Source: Aestuariivirga sp.
Lineage (GTDB): Bacteria; Pseudomonadota; Alphaproteobacteria; Rhizobiales; Aestuariivirgaceae
Length of the DNA stretch: 64,000 nt
Assembly (NCBI RefSeq): GCF_047602625.1
Contig: NZ_JASGGV010000002.1
Location: forward strand, 441,734 to 505,733
Reading direction: 5' to 3'
Both the position numbers and the translations under genes were made by a program. The notes under the pieces were generated by a model. That model searched no databases, had not been told where the DNA came from, and saw nothing but the letters and a program-made list of their open reading frames with translations. Positions 40,271 through 50,796 of the stretch are shown one piece after another. Every line of letters starts with the position of its first letter. The first letter of the stretch is position 1.

Positions 40271-41200
40271 ATGACGGGTCTTTGTATGATTGATATCGCC
40301 GAACGCCTTCATGGCGAGGGCCAGCAGACTGAAACGGAGGATATCCGCTTCAGCTATTCAAGGCCCGAACAGAGGGCGCTGAACCGCGCGGTGATCCGCC
40401 TGATCGAGCGGCTGAGCGGCCAGAAGAAGCTGGAGCGCCTCTATCGTACGTGGTCCGCAGCGCCGCGTCCGCATGAAAACATCTTCACCGCCGGCCTTCG
40501 GCTGCTGGGCATCACAGTCGAGACGGATGAAATCGCATGGGCGCGCGTGCCGGCAGAAGGGCCGGTGCTGTTCATCGCCAATCATCCTTTCGGCGTTGTC
40601 GATGGCCTGATGATGGGCCACCTCACCACGCGCATCAGGCCGGACACCAAGATCATGACTCACAGCCTGCTGTGCCAGCCGCCAGAGGCACGCGACTATC
40701 TGCTGCCTGTTGATTTTGGCGGTACACCGGAAGCACAGGCCACGTCCCTCCTCACGCGCCGCCGCACCATCGACTGGCTGAAATCAGGCCATGCCGTGGC
40801 GGTGTTTCCGGCAGGCAGCGTCTCGACCGCACAAAGCCCGTTTACCGGCCCGGCCCTCGATTGCGCCTGGCATCCTTTCGTCGCCAAGCTGGCGCGCATA
40901 CCGGGTGTGACCATCGTGCCGGTTTATTTTCATGGGCAGAATTCGCGCCTGTTTCAGATCATGAGCCACACGCATTACGCGCTTCGGATCGCCCTGTTGT
41001 TCCGCGAAACGGCACGGCGCGCGCGAACGGTCATGAAGGTGTCGGTGGGCAGTCCGATCACGTCAGACGATCTGAACGATGCCGCGAACCGCGACGATCT
41101 CCTCCGCGAATTGCGGCGGCGCACATTGTCACTGGGCGGTTCGGCTGCGCCCAATCCCGATCAGGCCTTCACATGGCCGCGCCACATCAACTGGGACTGA
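40271..41200 (+). CDS. lysophospholipid (PlsC-type) acyltransferase family protein
   Basis: FIANHPFGVVDG is the HX4D acyltransferase motif. ...VAVFPAGSVS... Confidence 0.85.
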   Translation: MTGLCMIDIAERLHGEGQQTETEDIRFSYSRPEQRALNRAVIRLIERLSGQKKLERLYRTWSAAPRPHENIFTAGLRLLGITVETDEIAWARVPAEGPVLFIANHPFGVVDGLMMGHLTTRIRPDTKIMTHSLLCQPPEARDYLLPVDFGGTPEAQATSLLTRRRTIDWLKSGHAVAVFPAGSVSTAQSPFTGPALDCAWHPFVAKLARIPGVTIVPVYFHGQNSRLFQIMSHTHYALRIALLFRETARRARTVMKVSVGSPITSDDLNDAANRDDLLRELRRRTLSLGGSAAPNPDQAFTWPRHINWD

Positions 41201-43085
41201 TCACCAGCCGCCTCCGCCGCCCCCTCCGCCGCCGCCTCCCGAAGAGCCGCCGCCGCCGGAGCCTGAGAATGATCCCGGCGACCATGAGGAAGAAGACGTG
41301 GAATAATTTGACGGGCTGGGCGGGGCATAGCTGCTGCGGTTGAGGTTCGAGGTGAAATTTCCGAAGCCATCACTCATGCTGGCGGCATACCAGGCAGGCG
41401 CCACATAGCTTGCGGCCTTCAGCACATCGGCGAATTTTTCGCTCCACGCATTCTCGCAATCGAGTGCGATCGCATAGGGCAGCAGCTTCTCGAACAGGGC
41501 AGGCGTCTTTTCCGGCGGGTTCAGCGCGTCGAGGCGCTTCTCTCCCGCCGTGGTCATGTAGAGCCGCAAGCCTTCCACCTGATCCATCAGCTTCCGCCCC
41601 AGTGACGTTTCGGCGGGCAGTAGCCGGAAGAAGGTGATGTGCAGCAGCGCGAAGGCGGCAAGTCCGGCCGTGTAAAACCAGACGGCCTCGCCGGCGCCAT
41701 CGCCCACGAAACCCAGCGCGATGGCAAATCCAAACAGCGCCAATATCGCCAGCGCGGCAAACCCTGCCAGTGACGCCAGCTTGCCGATAAACCCCGTCTT
41801 GAGGAAAAACCGCGCATTGAGGCGGCCAAGCAGCAGCACCGCAATCCAGATGCCGCCGCACACCACCGTGAGTAGCAATGCCGTGGCGAAATCATCAGCA
41901 TCGACGAACATCAGCAGCGGCACGGCAAGGAAGGCCGAAAGCGCCAGCCCGCCCCAGAACCAGCCGCGATTGCGCCGGTAGGTGCGCTCTTCATAATCGC
42001 GCTCCAGCGAACTCTCCAGCTTCTGCCGCATGGAAGAGAGCGACGCGGCATTGCCGCGCTCCACATCAACCTCGGCCGGAAGCGCGCCATACATGGCCTG
42101 CTCGCTGACGGTGAGGGGCGGCGTGCTGGCCTTGAGGCGGGTGAGCGAATAGGTACCATCTTTCTGCGCAATGGTGAGACGGCCCTTGGCGGCAAGCCCG
42201 ATCACCCCGGCCGCGAAGGATTTGGCATCGAACACCCGCTTCCAGATGAAGCGCACGCCGGCGGGCCCCAGCCCCGCAGGCGCATCGTAAAGCGGAATGA
42301 TCGCGCCGCGCTTGGGATCGCGGCCCACGCGGAACCACGCCGTCAGATAGTATGCGAAGAGGGCAAGAAGCCCGCCGCCCAGCCATTCATAACTTTCGAG
42401 CCGCGTATCGGGCGGCGGAGGCGGCGGCGTGACGGCCCCTTTGGGAAAGGCCACCGCCACGGTGAAGCCTTCGCCCGGCATCAGCCGCCGCGTGGTTTCC
42501 GCCGCATAGGTAGACCCGCTGCCGGAGGTGACGCGGAAATCCCTGCCCCGGGCGCCTTGCGGCCCGGTATATTCCGCATGCTGAACAATTGTTGCGCCGG
42601 CTGGCAGCTTGATGGTCACCGACGCAGCGGCGATGGGCAGAGTTCCAGCTATTGCCGGTGACATTCCAGTAGAGTTCATCGAACTGGCCGAAGAAGCCCA
42701 GCTCCTGATCCACATGATAGGCGATGTCGTAGACGTGGACTCCGGGCCGCAACATCACATCACGGTTGCCGATGCGGATGCGCGTGCCGTTGGCGATGCT
42801 CTCCAGCGCATAGTTTTCCGGCTTCCCGTCGCGCTTCACCGAGGTCACATCGAAATTGATGCGCACGGGATTGCCCATGCGGTCTTTGTAGCGGGTTGGG
42901 AAATCGCGGAAGATGCCGCGCTGGATCATCATGCCTTCAACATTCACGGTGATATGCTCGATGACATCAAGGCTGGAATCGCGGTTGGTAGCGATCTCGC
43001 TGCCGAAGCGGGTGATCTCCTCCGCAGCCCATGCCGGCAGCGCCAGGACGATCATTGCGGCCAAAGCCGCCAGCCAACGCACCAT
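41201..43085 (-). pseudogene. DUF2207 family membrane protein gene with a 1-nt frame break near 42641-42645
   Basis: The N-terminal part (signal peptide, ...YWNVTGNSW) is in track ORF 42387-43142. The continuation (...LPIAAASVTIKLPAG..., TM helices, Gly-rich tail) is in ORF 41201-42715. The frames join if one nucleotide after the TGG is removed. Confidence 0.75.
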
Positions 43086-43219
43086 GCCCATCTCCCGCCG
43101 CCTTGAATTGGCCAAGTTGGCCAGCTTGTGTTCCCCGCGCAAGCCCCGGATGTTTCAGCCCTTTAGCCGCGAATCAGCCTGTGCTAAGCAAACCGGCGCA
43201 ACAGGGGAGTAGCCGATCC

Positions 43220-43627
43220 ATGCCGATTCGTCCGAAAACCAGCCACAAGGCCGCCGCACTCGCGTTCACCGCGCTCGCACTGGCTGCCTGTGCCTCGTCG
43301 GACAATGGCCCGGTGGACGTCAATACCGGCCCCAAGCCCATGGCCTCGGCTGAGATCAAAAGTATACTTTCAGGCCGCAGCTGGCGTTTCACGGGGCCGA
43401 ACAACACCGGCACCACGCTTTATGCAGCGGATGGCTCGTCACTCGTCGAGGTGGATGGCAAGGGCAAGACGCGCGGCCATTGGCAAACACAGGACGGACA
43501 GCTTTGCGAGAGCTTCGACCCTGCCCCCTTCCTGCCGCAGGGCGTGCCGATGAGCTGCTATCCCTTCGCGCCGGGAACAGCGCCCAATAGCTATCAGGTG
43601 GGCAAGGCCACGTTCACACCCGCCTGA
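43220..43627 (+). CDS. lipoprotein (DUF995-like)
   Basis: AGGGGAG SD. Lipobox LALAAC. GKTRGHWQTQDGQLCESF pattern shared with 45322-45723. Confidence 0.7.
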   Translation: MPIRPKTSHKAAALAFTALALAACASSDNGPVDVNTGPKPMASAEIKSILSGRSWRFTGPNNTGTTLYAADGSSLVEVDGKGKTRGHWQTQDGQLCESFDPAPFLPQGVPMSCYPFAPGTAPNSYQVGKATFTPA

Positions 43628-43777
43628 GCTTCGGAACTTCCCCGACAATCATGCGTTTTTGAGACTCCGCCATGCGCGGGGTGACGATGCGCTGACGCAA
43701 CCACAATCCCGCCACAGCGTTTCCAAAGTCTCGCCCCTGCACGGGCTGAGACTGCGGAAAACAAATTGGGGATTGGG

Positions 43778-44554
43778 ATGTCTGACCGCTTTTCACGCCG
43801 CATCTTTCTTTTGGGATCTGCCGCCGCAGCCCTGACCGCCACGCGTGCCTTTGCGCAGACCAATGACCTTTATGGCGGCGCAATGGATTCAGGCACCAAT
43901 GATGGCACGGGTGGCCTGTGGTATGATCCGGCGCAGTTGCCGCCTGCGGAGTCGCCCGAAGACTTTCCCATCCCGCAGGTAAACCTCAACAAGATACCCG
44001 CGCAGTTTCACCGCCAGCTCGTCAATTACAGCGGGCCGGAATGGCCGGGCACCATCGTCGTCGATCCGGCAAACCATTTTTTGTATCACGTGCAGGAAGG
44101 CCATCAGGCCATCCGCTATGGCGTGGGTGTTGGCCGCGCCGGTTTCGCATGGGCTGGCCTTGCCAAGGTGGGACTGAAACGCCGCTGGCCGCGCTGGCTG
44201 CCGCCCAAGGAAATGGTGGAGCGCGACCCCAATGCGCGGAAGTGGATCAACGGCCAGCCCGGCGGCCCGGATAATCCTCTGGGCGCCCGCGCGCTTTATC
44301 TTTATGCCAACGGTCAGGACACATTCTATCGCATCCACGGCACCAACGCGCCGGACTCGATCGGCAAATCCATGTCCTCAGGCTGTATCCGCATGCTGAA
44401 CCAGGACATCGCCGAGCTTTACCTGCAGGTGCCCAAGGGAACGCAGGTGGTGGTGCGTCCATCCGATGGCAGCGCGATCTCGCTGATCGATTCATCCTCA
44501 GCCAAGATTGATTCTTCCGCAGGTCAGGGGCAAGACATCGGCACGCCGCAATAA
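43778..44554 (+). CDS. L,D-transpeptidase (YkuD domain) with Tat-type signal
   Basis: SRRIFLLGSAAAALTATRAFA signal. Catalytic ...YRIHGTNAPDSIGKSMSSGCIRM. Confidence 0.9.
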   Translation: MSDRFSRRIFLLGSAAAALTATRAFAQTNDLYGGAMDSGTNDGTGGLWYDPAQLPPAESPEDFPIPQVNLNKIPAQFHRQLVNYSGPEWPGTIVVDPANHFLYHVQEGHQAIRYGVGVGRAGFAWAGLAKVGLKRRWPRWLPPKEMVERDPNARKWINGQPGGPDNPLGARALYLYANGQDTFYRIHGTNAPDSIGKSMSSGCIRMLNQDIAELYLQVPKGTQVVVRPSDGSAISLIDSSSAKIDSSAGQGQDIGTPQ

Positions 44555-44568
44555 TCCGGAGAGCCGCC

Positions 44569-45270
44569 ATGCCTGCCACCGTGAAAGTTATCGGCTTCGA
44601 TGCCGACGATACGCTGTGGCAGAACGAAACCCATTTCAAATTCACAGAACAGCGCTTCGCCGAATTGATGGCCGACCATGGGGAAGCCGCGCACGTGTCC
44701 GCCCGCCTGCTCGAAGCGGAGCGCCGAAATCTTTCCTTCTACGGCTTCGGCATCAAGGGTTTCATGCTGTCGATGATCGAGACGGCGGTGGAAGTGACGA
44801 ACGGCAAGCCCCCCGAAGGCGCGATCAGCCGCATTCTGGACTTCGGGCGCGAAATGCTGCGGCACCCCGTGGAAACCCTGCCCCACGCGCGGGACACTCT
44901 GGAGGAACTGGCGGGCCGTTACCGCCTCGTCCTCATCACCAAGGGCGATCTCTTCGATCAGGAGCGGAAACTTGCCGCTTCCGGTCTTGGAGAATTTTTC
45001 AACGGCATCGAGATCGTCAGCGACAAGACGCCCGCCACCTATACCCGCATCTTCAAGGCCCATGCCGGAAACGCGGCGGAGGCGCTGATGGTGGGCAATT
45101 CGCTCAAATCCGACATCCTCCCGGCGCTGAAGGCGGGAAGTTTCGCGGTGCATATCCCGCACGAACTCACATGGGCGCTGGAACATGCTGACGCACCAGA
45201 GGAAAATCCGCGCTTCCGCCGCATTCCCCATCTAGGAGAGCTCAGTCGGCTGCTGGGGCAAATCTCTTGA
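44569..45270 (+). CDS. HAD superfamily hydrolase
   Basis: VIGFDADDTLW (DxD motif I), ...LITKG... and ...MVGNSLKSDI... (motifs III/IV). Confidence 0.85.
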   Translation: MPATVKVIGFDADDTLWQNETHFKFTEQRFAELMADHGEAAHVSARLLEAERRNLSFYGFGIKGFMLSMIETAVEVTNGKPPEGAISRILDFGREMLRHPVETLPHARDTLEELAGRYRLVLITKGDLFDQERKLAASGLGEFFNGIEIVSDKTPATYTRIFKAHAGNAAEALMVGNSLKSDILPALKAGSFAVHIPHELTWALEHADAPEENPRFRRIPHLGELSRLLGQIS

Positions 45271-45321
45271 AGCGGCCCGGCACCTGTGGCACATGCGCGT
45301 TTGACAATAAGGACGAAGACG

Positions 45322-45723
45322 TTGATCCGGCACTCGAATTTGGCGGCGCTCATGGCGGCAGCCGCCCTCCTCACCCTCACTGCCTGCAGCCACGGGCCAC
45401 AGGGCATCCGCATCACCAGCGGCTCCAGCAAGCCGCAGCCGCAGGCCATCCATGATCTGGGTGATGCCGATATGAAGTCGGCCATTGTCGGCAAGACGTT
45501 CCAGTATACCCGTCCCGATGGCAACGGCTTCATCACCTACAATGCCGACGGCACCTTCAATTTCACGGACGATACCAAGGGTGCGGGCAAGGGCACGTGG
45601 TCCGCCTCCGGCAACCAGTTCTGCGAAAGCTACAACGGCGCGCCGATGACCTGCGGCGAGTTCAAGTCCACAGGCGATGCCTATTTCGCCGCCAAGTCCC
45701 GCCTCGTGGAAATGAAGACCTGA
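45322..45723 (+). CDS. lipoprotein (DUF995-like paralogue)
   Basis: TTG start after AAGGA. Lipobox LTLTAC. GAGKGTWSASGNQFCESY parallels 43220-43627. Confidence 0.65.
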   Translation: MIRHSNLAALMAAAALLTLTACSHGPQGIRITSGSSKPQPQAIHDLGDADMKSAIVGKTFQYTRPDGNGFITYNADGTFNFTDDTKGAGKGTWSASGNQFCESYNGAPMTCGEFKSTGDAYFAAKSRLVEMKT

Positions 45724-45726
45724 CGC

Positions 45727-46809
45727 TTACTGCCCCGGGCAAACCAGATCGACCGTCACCACTTGCTTTCCATCTACGGAAAAGCCTCCCTGGCGCAGTA
45801 GCTTTGCAAAAGACATATCCGCCACGTTCCGCGTGATGGTGCTGCTGAGTTGCAGCGGCTCGCCCTGAAACACCGGCCCGCTGCCGGAATCGGATTGCGG
45901 CCGCAGCGACATGCCGCTGCCATGCTTGCATTTGAGCCGCACATCGCCGGGCCGCGCATGGCTTGATTGTTTCATCCCCATGGTGAAGCCGTCGGTTTCC
46001 ATCGTCATGGAAATATCGTCGTTCAACTGGCCGCTTGGCGTGCAGCTCATCCCGGCAAGCTTCACCCGCTTGATGGTACCTGCCTGCTTGCCATCCCCCT
46101 TGAAGATGGAAAGGCCGCCGCCCCCGCTTCCAGCCGATGAGAGTTCAAACGGATACATCACATAGGAATAGGTTACGTCGAAGCGCGGCCCCGTCATGTG
46201 CGGCTCCATGATGGCGGAGACGCGCACCGTGCTGCCATCCACCACGCGCTTCAATTCCGCCCGCATGGCTTTTGCCTGTTCGGTGTAGCGTTCGGCTTCT
46301 TCTGCCGCGAGCGCGCTGGGCAGGCGGTCCCAATAGACGGCGGGCGTATCGGCCTTGCATTTGGCCGTATGCGCCGCCTCATGCGACAGGGTGATGTCGG
46401 CGATGGCCTTGCAGGCCGATCCGTTCCGCATGGCCTTCAACTGTTCCGGATCCTGTTCGCAAGCCGGCGCATCGAGGTCGACACTCTTGGGGCCGGTATA
46501 GCCATCCGGCGGATCATGCGGTAGGCGGAATTCCTTCGCCATGATCTCCTTCCGCGCATTGCCCGACACCGCGAGAACCGAACGCCCGCTGTCGGGATTT
46601 GTTGGATCCTTGTTGACCTCAACCTGCTTGGCCTCGATGGCCTTCAGCCGTTCGGAGAGAGTTGTGAAGAACTGCTTTTCATAATCGGCATTCTCCACTT
46701 CCTGCTGAAGGCTCGTGAGGTTCTTGCAGGAACACGCATCACCCGAATCTGCCCTCGCTTGCGCGCCCAGGATGATCAGCAAGGCAGCGGCGGAACAGGC
46801 AAGGCGCAT
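45727..46809 (-). CDS. secreted hypothetical protein containing an HEAAH (HExxH) motif
   Basis: Signal peptide MRLACSAAALLIILGAQARA. GGGAG SD overlapping the upstream gene stop. No family recognised. Confidence 0.6.
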   Translation of the reverse strand: MRLACSAAALLIILGAQARADSGDACSCKNLTSLQQEVENADYEKQFFTTLSERLKAIEAKQVEVNKDPTNPDSGRSVLAVSGNARKEIMAKEFRLPHDPPDGYTGPKSVDLDAPACEQDPEQLKAMRNGSACKAIADITLSHEAAHTAKCKADTPAVYWDRLPSALAAEEAERYTEQAKAMRAELKRVVDGSTVRVSAIMEPHMTGPRFDVTYSYVMYPFELSSAGSGGGGLSIFKGDGKQAGTIKRVKLAGMSCTPSGQLNDDISMTMETDGFTMGMKQSSHARPGDVRLKCKHGSGMSLRPQSDSGSGPVFQGEPLQLSSTITRNVADMSFAKLLRQGGFSVDGKQVVTVDLVCPGQ

Positions 46810-46820
46810 GGGTCAACTCC

Positions 46821-47463
46821 CTATTCGTTCAGGAACGGATTGGTCTCGCGTTCTTGGCCGATGGAACTGGGCTCGCCATGGCCGGGCAGGAACATCACGT
46901 CGTCGCCCAGCGGCAGCACCTTGTTTCGGATCGACGAAATCAGCGACTTCATGGCTGGCGCGCGGCAGGTCGGTGCGGCCAACCGAGCCCTTGAACAGGA
47001 CATCCCCCATCAGCGCGAAACGGTTTTCATCGTTGAACAGCACCACCGAACCCGGTGAATGGCCTGGCGCTTCCAGCACCTTGAAGGTGAGGCCGCCCAC
47101 CTGAACCTCATCGCCCTCTTTCAGCCAGCGCCCGGGCGTTACCACCCGCGCATCGGTGATGCCGAAGCGGAGGCCGCTGGCGGGGAGATTGTCGAGCAGG
47201 AACTGGTCTTCCGCGTTCGGGCCTTCGATGGGCACCTTCAGCGCCTCGGCAAGCTCTGCCGCACCCCCGGCATGATCGATATGGCCATGGGTGATGAGAA
47301 TCTTCTCGACCTTGACGCCACTCTGCTTGATTGCCGACAGGATGCGCGGCACGTCGCCGCCCGGATCGACCACCGCTCCCACCTTTGTCTCATCATCATA
47401 GACAATGGAGCAGTTCTGCTGGAACGGCGTGACGGGAACGATCATGACTTTGAGCTGCGGCAT
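46821..47463 (-). pseudogene. MBL-fold metallo-hydrolase (YcbL/GloB-like) with a 1-nt frame break near 46949
   Basis: HGHIDHAGG motif and ...[19 protein letters not shown] are in ORF 46813-47463. The expected C-terminus [40 protein letters not shown] is in ORF 46821-47003, a different frame. Confidence 0.75.
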
Positions 47464-47545
47464 GACCGGTGATTAGCCGCCCCTGCCCCCGCCCGCAACC
47501 CGGCGTCTCTTGCTGAAAATTTAGCCAGCAGCTACACGGACGCCC

Positions 47546-48718
47546 ATGCAAACCGTGATGGCGGACAGCGCGCAGGGCCCGCGCTATGGGAATCTTGTCG
47601 CCGCCATTGCGACCGTCGCCTGCTGCGACATTGCCATGGGGCTGACCTTGCAGCTCTTGCCCCTGTTGATGGAGCGCCAGCATATCCACGCGCGGATCAT
47701 GGGGGCAGTCGCCGCCATGGGCCCCATCGGCATACTTCTGGCGGGGCCGCTGCTGCCATGGGTGATTGGCCATCTGGGATCGCGCCGCGTGGTCATGATC
47801 GTGGTGGCGATCCTCATTGCCGGGCTGATCGGCTTCAAGCTGTCGCCGTCGATCTGGTGGTGGTTTCCCATCCGCTTCATCTTCGGCATCGCCACCGGCA
47901 CCCTCTTTGCCATCAGCGAAGCCTGGGTGATGACCTTCGGCGGCGAGAAGAACCGCGGGCGCATCATGGGCTTCTACACCAGCGTAATGGCTGTGACCTT
48001 TTCCATTGGCCCACTCATTATTCCCATTGTCGGCATCGACGGCTGGACGCCGTGGCTGATCTGCATGGCCTGCATCAGCGCCAGCATTCTGCCGCTCGCC
48101 TTCGTAAAAGTGAGCGATGACGCCTTCAGGCAGGAAGACAAGCGTGGTTTCTTCCGTTTCATGAAGCGCGCGCCGTTGCTGCTGTTCGCCGTCTGTGCCG
48201 CGACACTGTTCGACAATGTGTTCATCTCCTTCTTCACCATTTTCGGACTGCGCCACGGCCTTGAACTTGATGTGGCGAGCCGCATTCTGGGGCTAGGGAT
48301 CATCGGCAACGTCTTCCTGTTCGTGCCCATCGGCTGGCTGGCCGATCACTGGTCACGCAATGGCGTGGTGATCCTCACCGCCGCCGCCACCGTGGTTCTT
48401 AGCCTGCTGATGATTCCACTCATCACCCACTGGTCAATCTGGCCGATCACCCTGCTGCTTTCGGCCTGCGCCTTCGGTGTCTATGTCGTGTCACTCGCCA
48501 TTGTCGGCGACACGTTCAAGGGGCCTGATGTGATCGCGGCCTCTGCGGCCTTCGCCGCCATGTGGGGCATTGGCGGGCTGATCGGGCCGCCCATTGCCGG
48601 CACCGCCATCGACATGTTCGGCATCAACGCCATGCCGGTGACGCTTGCGGTGTTTTACGCGATCCTGCTTCTCGGCCTTGCGCTCAACGGCGGAAAACTG
48701 GTGCGCCGCGATGGATAG
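47546..48718 (+). CDS. MFS transporter
   Basis: 390 aa, about 12 TM segments. MFS-like loop motifs. Confidence 0.85.
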   Translation: MQTVMADSAQGPRYGNLVAAIATVACCDIAMGLTLQLLPLLMERQHIHARIMGAVAAMGPIGILLAGPLLPWVIGHLGSRRVVMIVVAILIAGLIGFKLSPSIWWWFPIRFIFGIATGTLFAISEAWVMTFGGEKNRGRIMGFYTSVMAVTFSIGPLIIPIVGIDGWTPWLICMACISASILPLAFVKVSDDAFRQEDKRGFFRFMKRAPLLLFAVCAATLFDNVFISFFTIFGLRHGLELDVASRILGLGIIGNVFLFVPIGWLADHWSRNGVVILTAAATVVLSLLMIPLITHWSIWPITLLLSACAFGVYVVSLAIVGDTFKGPDVIAASAAFAAMWGIGGLIGPPIAGTAIDMFGINAMPVTLAVFYAILLLGLALNGGKLVRRDG

Positions 48719-49874
48719 GCGCAACGCCGTAAACCTGTTCGCCGCGATTTCGGCCATCACAGTCTTCGGCTTCACGCTGGGGTTGATGTTCCCGTTGCTG
48801 TCGCTCATCATGGAAGCGCAGGGCATCAGCGCCGATGTGATCGGCTACAACGCGGCGATGCAGCCTTTGGGGATCGTGCTGTCGATCTTCGCCATCCCGC
48901 CCGTTGTGCGCCGCCTGGGCGCCAAGGCCACGGTGATCGGCGCGGCCTTTGCGACGGCCACCGTCATCGTCGCCTATCCGTTCTTTCCGGTGTTCTGGTG
49001 GTGGTTCGGCATCCGCATTCTGCACGGCTTCTTCGTTTCAACCATTTTTGCTATCAGCGAAGCTTGGGTCGTGCGCTTTGCAGAAGGCCAATACCGTTCG
49101 CGGCTTCTGGCGCTCTATGCCAGCATTCTCGCCGCGAGTTTCGGCGGAGGGCCCGTTCTGATTACCCTGACCGGAATTGAGGGCCATGCGCCCTTCGTGA
49201 TCGGCGCCATCATCCTGCTGATCGCCACCATTCCCATTTTCTTCGTGCATGACGAGGCGGTGGATAGCGAAGACGAAGACCCGCTCTCGGTGCTCGGTTT
49301 CATCCGCAAGGCTCCCATCCTTCTGCTGGCCGTGGGGCTGTTCGCCATCATGGATGCCGCCAATCTCGGCTTCCTGCCTGTCTACGCCGTGAAGAAAGGC
49401 ATGGACCAGGATGGCGCGGCGCTGGCGCTCACCGCCTTCGTGCTCGGCAACACGTTCCTGCAATTTCCCGTTGGCTGGCTGGCCGATCACATGCCGAAAC
49501 GGCTGGTGATGGCGGGCTGCGCCGTAACAACTATGGCCGCCTGCGCGCTGATACCGCTTACCTTCGGAACAGTCTGGCTCTGGCCCGTGCTCACCGTCGC
49601 CGGAGCGGCCTCGGCGGGCATCTACACCGTCGCGCTTTCGGAACTGGGGGACCGCTTTTCCGGCCACGAACTGGTGACCGGCACCGCTTCCTTCTCCACC
49701 ACATGGGGCGTTGGGGCCCTGATGGGGGCATTGACGGCGGGATGGTCGATCAGCGCCTTCGGGCCGGATGGCCTGCCCTATACGCTGGCGGCGATCTTCG
49801 CCGTGGTCCTGCTGATGGTGCTGGGCGTAGGCCTTCTGGCGCGCCCATCTGGACTTTCCGCGCCCAAGCGGTGA
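48711..49874 (+). CDS. MFS transporter (tandem paralogue)
   Basis: About 12 TM segments. Shares ...FAISEAWV... and ...PVGWLADH... blocks with the preceding gene. 8-nt overlap with it. Confidence 0.85.
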   Translation: MDRRNAVNLFAAISAITVFGFTLGLMFPLLSLIMEAQGISADVIGYNAAMQPLGIVLSIFAIPPVVRRLGAKATVIGAAFATATVIVAYPFFPVFWWWFGIRILHGFFVSTIFAISEAWVVRFAEGQYRSRLLALYASILAASFGGGPVLITLTGIEGHAPFVIGAIILLIATIPIFFVHDEAVDSEDEDPLSVLGFIRKAPILLLAVGLFAIMDAANLGFLPVYAVKKGMDQDGAALALTAFVLGNTFLQFPVGWLADHMPKRLVMAGCAVTTMAACALIPLTFGTVWLWPVLTVAGAASAGIYTVALSELGDRFSGHELVTGTASFSTTWGVGALMGALTAGWSISAFGPDGLPYTLAAIFAVVLLMVLGVGLLARPSGLSAPKR

Positions 49875-49884
49875 TGGTTGGGCC

Positions 49885-50796
49885 ATGTCCGATGATCCCG
49901 CTACCGAACTGCTGACCATCCGCGATTTTCTGCGCCATGCGGTAAGCGCCTTCTCCGCCGCCAAGCTCGCCCATGGCCATGGAGCCTCGACGCCGCTTGA
50001 TGAAGCGGCCTTCCTGATCCTCGAAACGCTGCATCTGCCGGTGGATGACATCAATCCCTGGCTCGACGCGCGCCTTCTCGACAGTGAACGCAAGGCGGTA
50101 TCGGACATCATCCGTACACGGATCGAGACGCGCAAGCCTGCCGCCTATCTGGTGAAGCGCAGCTACATTCATGGCGTGCCCTTCTATGTCGATGAGCGGG
50201 TGATTGTGCCGCGCTCCTTCATCGGCGAACTGATGTTCAGCGGCCTGTTCGGCGGAGAGGGTTTCAACCTCATCGAAAACACCGAAGGCGTTGGCACGGT
50301 GCTCGATCTCTGCACCGGCTCGGGCTGCCTCGCCATTCTGGCCGCTGGCATTTTTCCCAATGCCGACATCGACGCCGTGGACCTCTCCGAAGCCGCCCTC
50401 GAAGTTGCGAAGATCAATGTCTCGGAACATGATTTGGAGAACCGGATCAACCTCTTGCACGGTGATCTTTTCGATCCGGTTGAAGGCCAGACCTATGATC
50501 TGATCATCACCAACCCGCCCTATGTGGCGGGTGCGGAAGTCAACGCCTTTCCGCATGAATATGGCCATGAGCCCATCATGGCGCATCTGGGCGGCGAGGA
50601 CGGGCTGGACATCGTCCGGCGTATCATCGAGGAGGCCGCCGATTATCTCAATCCCGGCGGCGGGCTCATCTGCGAGATCGGCACGGGGCGGGATATTCTG
50701 GAGGAGCAATATCCGCAGCTCGATTTCTTCTGGCTTGATACGGAGGAAAGCGAGGGCGAAGTGTTCTGGCTCACCCGCGAGCAGCTTATCGCCTGA
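49885..50796 (+). CDS. prmB: 50S ribosomal protein L3 N5-glutamine methyltransferase
   Basis: VLDLCTGSGCLAI SAM motif and ITNPPYV catalytic motif. Length and N-terminal domain fit PrmB better than PrmC. Confidence 0.8.
   Translation: MSDDPATELLTIRDFLRHAVSAFSAAKLAHGHGASTPLDEAAFLILETLHLPVDDINPWLDARLLDSERKAVSDIIRTRIETRKPAAYLVKRSYIHGVPFYVDERVIVPRSFIGELMFSGLFGGEGFNLIENTEGVGTVLDLCTGSGCLAILAAGIFPNADIDAVDLSEAALEVAKINVSEHDLENRINLLHGDLFDPVEGQTYDLIITNPPYVAGAEVNAFPHEYGHEPIMAHLGGEDGLDIVRRIIEEAADYLNPGGGLICEIGTGRDILEEQYPQLDFFWLDTEESEGEVFWLTREQLIA

Noticed and set aside
41205-41270. GC-rich short tandem repeats (CCGCC/GCCGCC) that might suggest a repeat array or CRISPR
   Set aside because: They encode the poly-Gly/Ser C-terminal tail of the DUF2207 protein on the minus strand. 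There is no spacer-repeat architecture.
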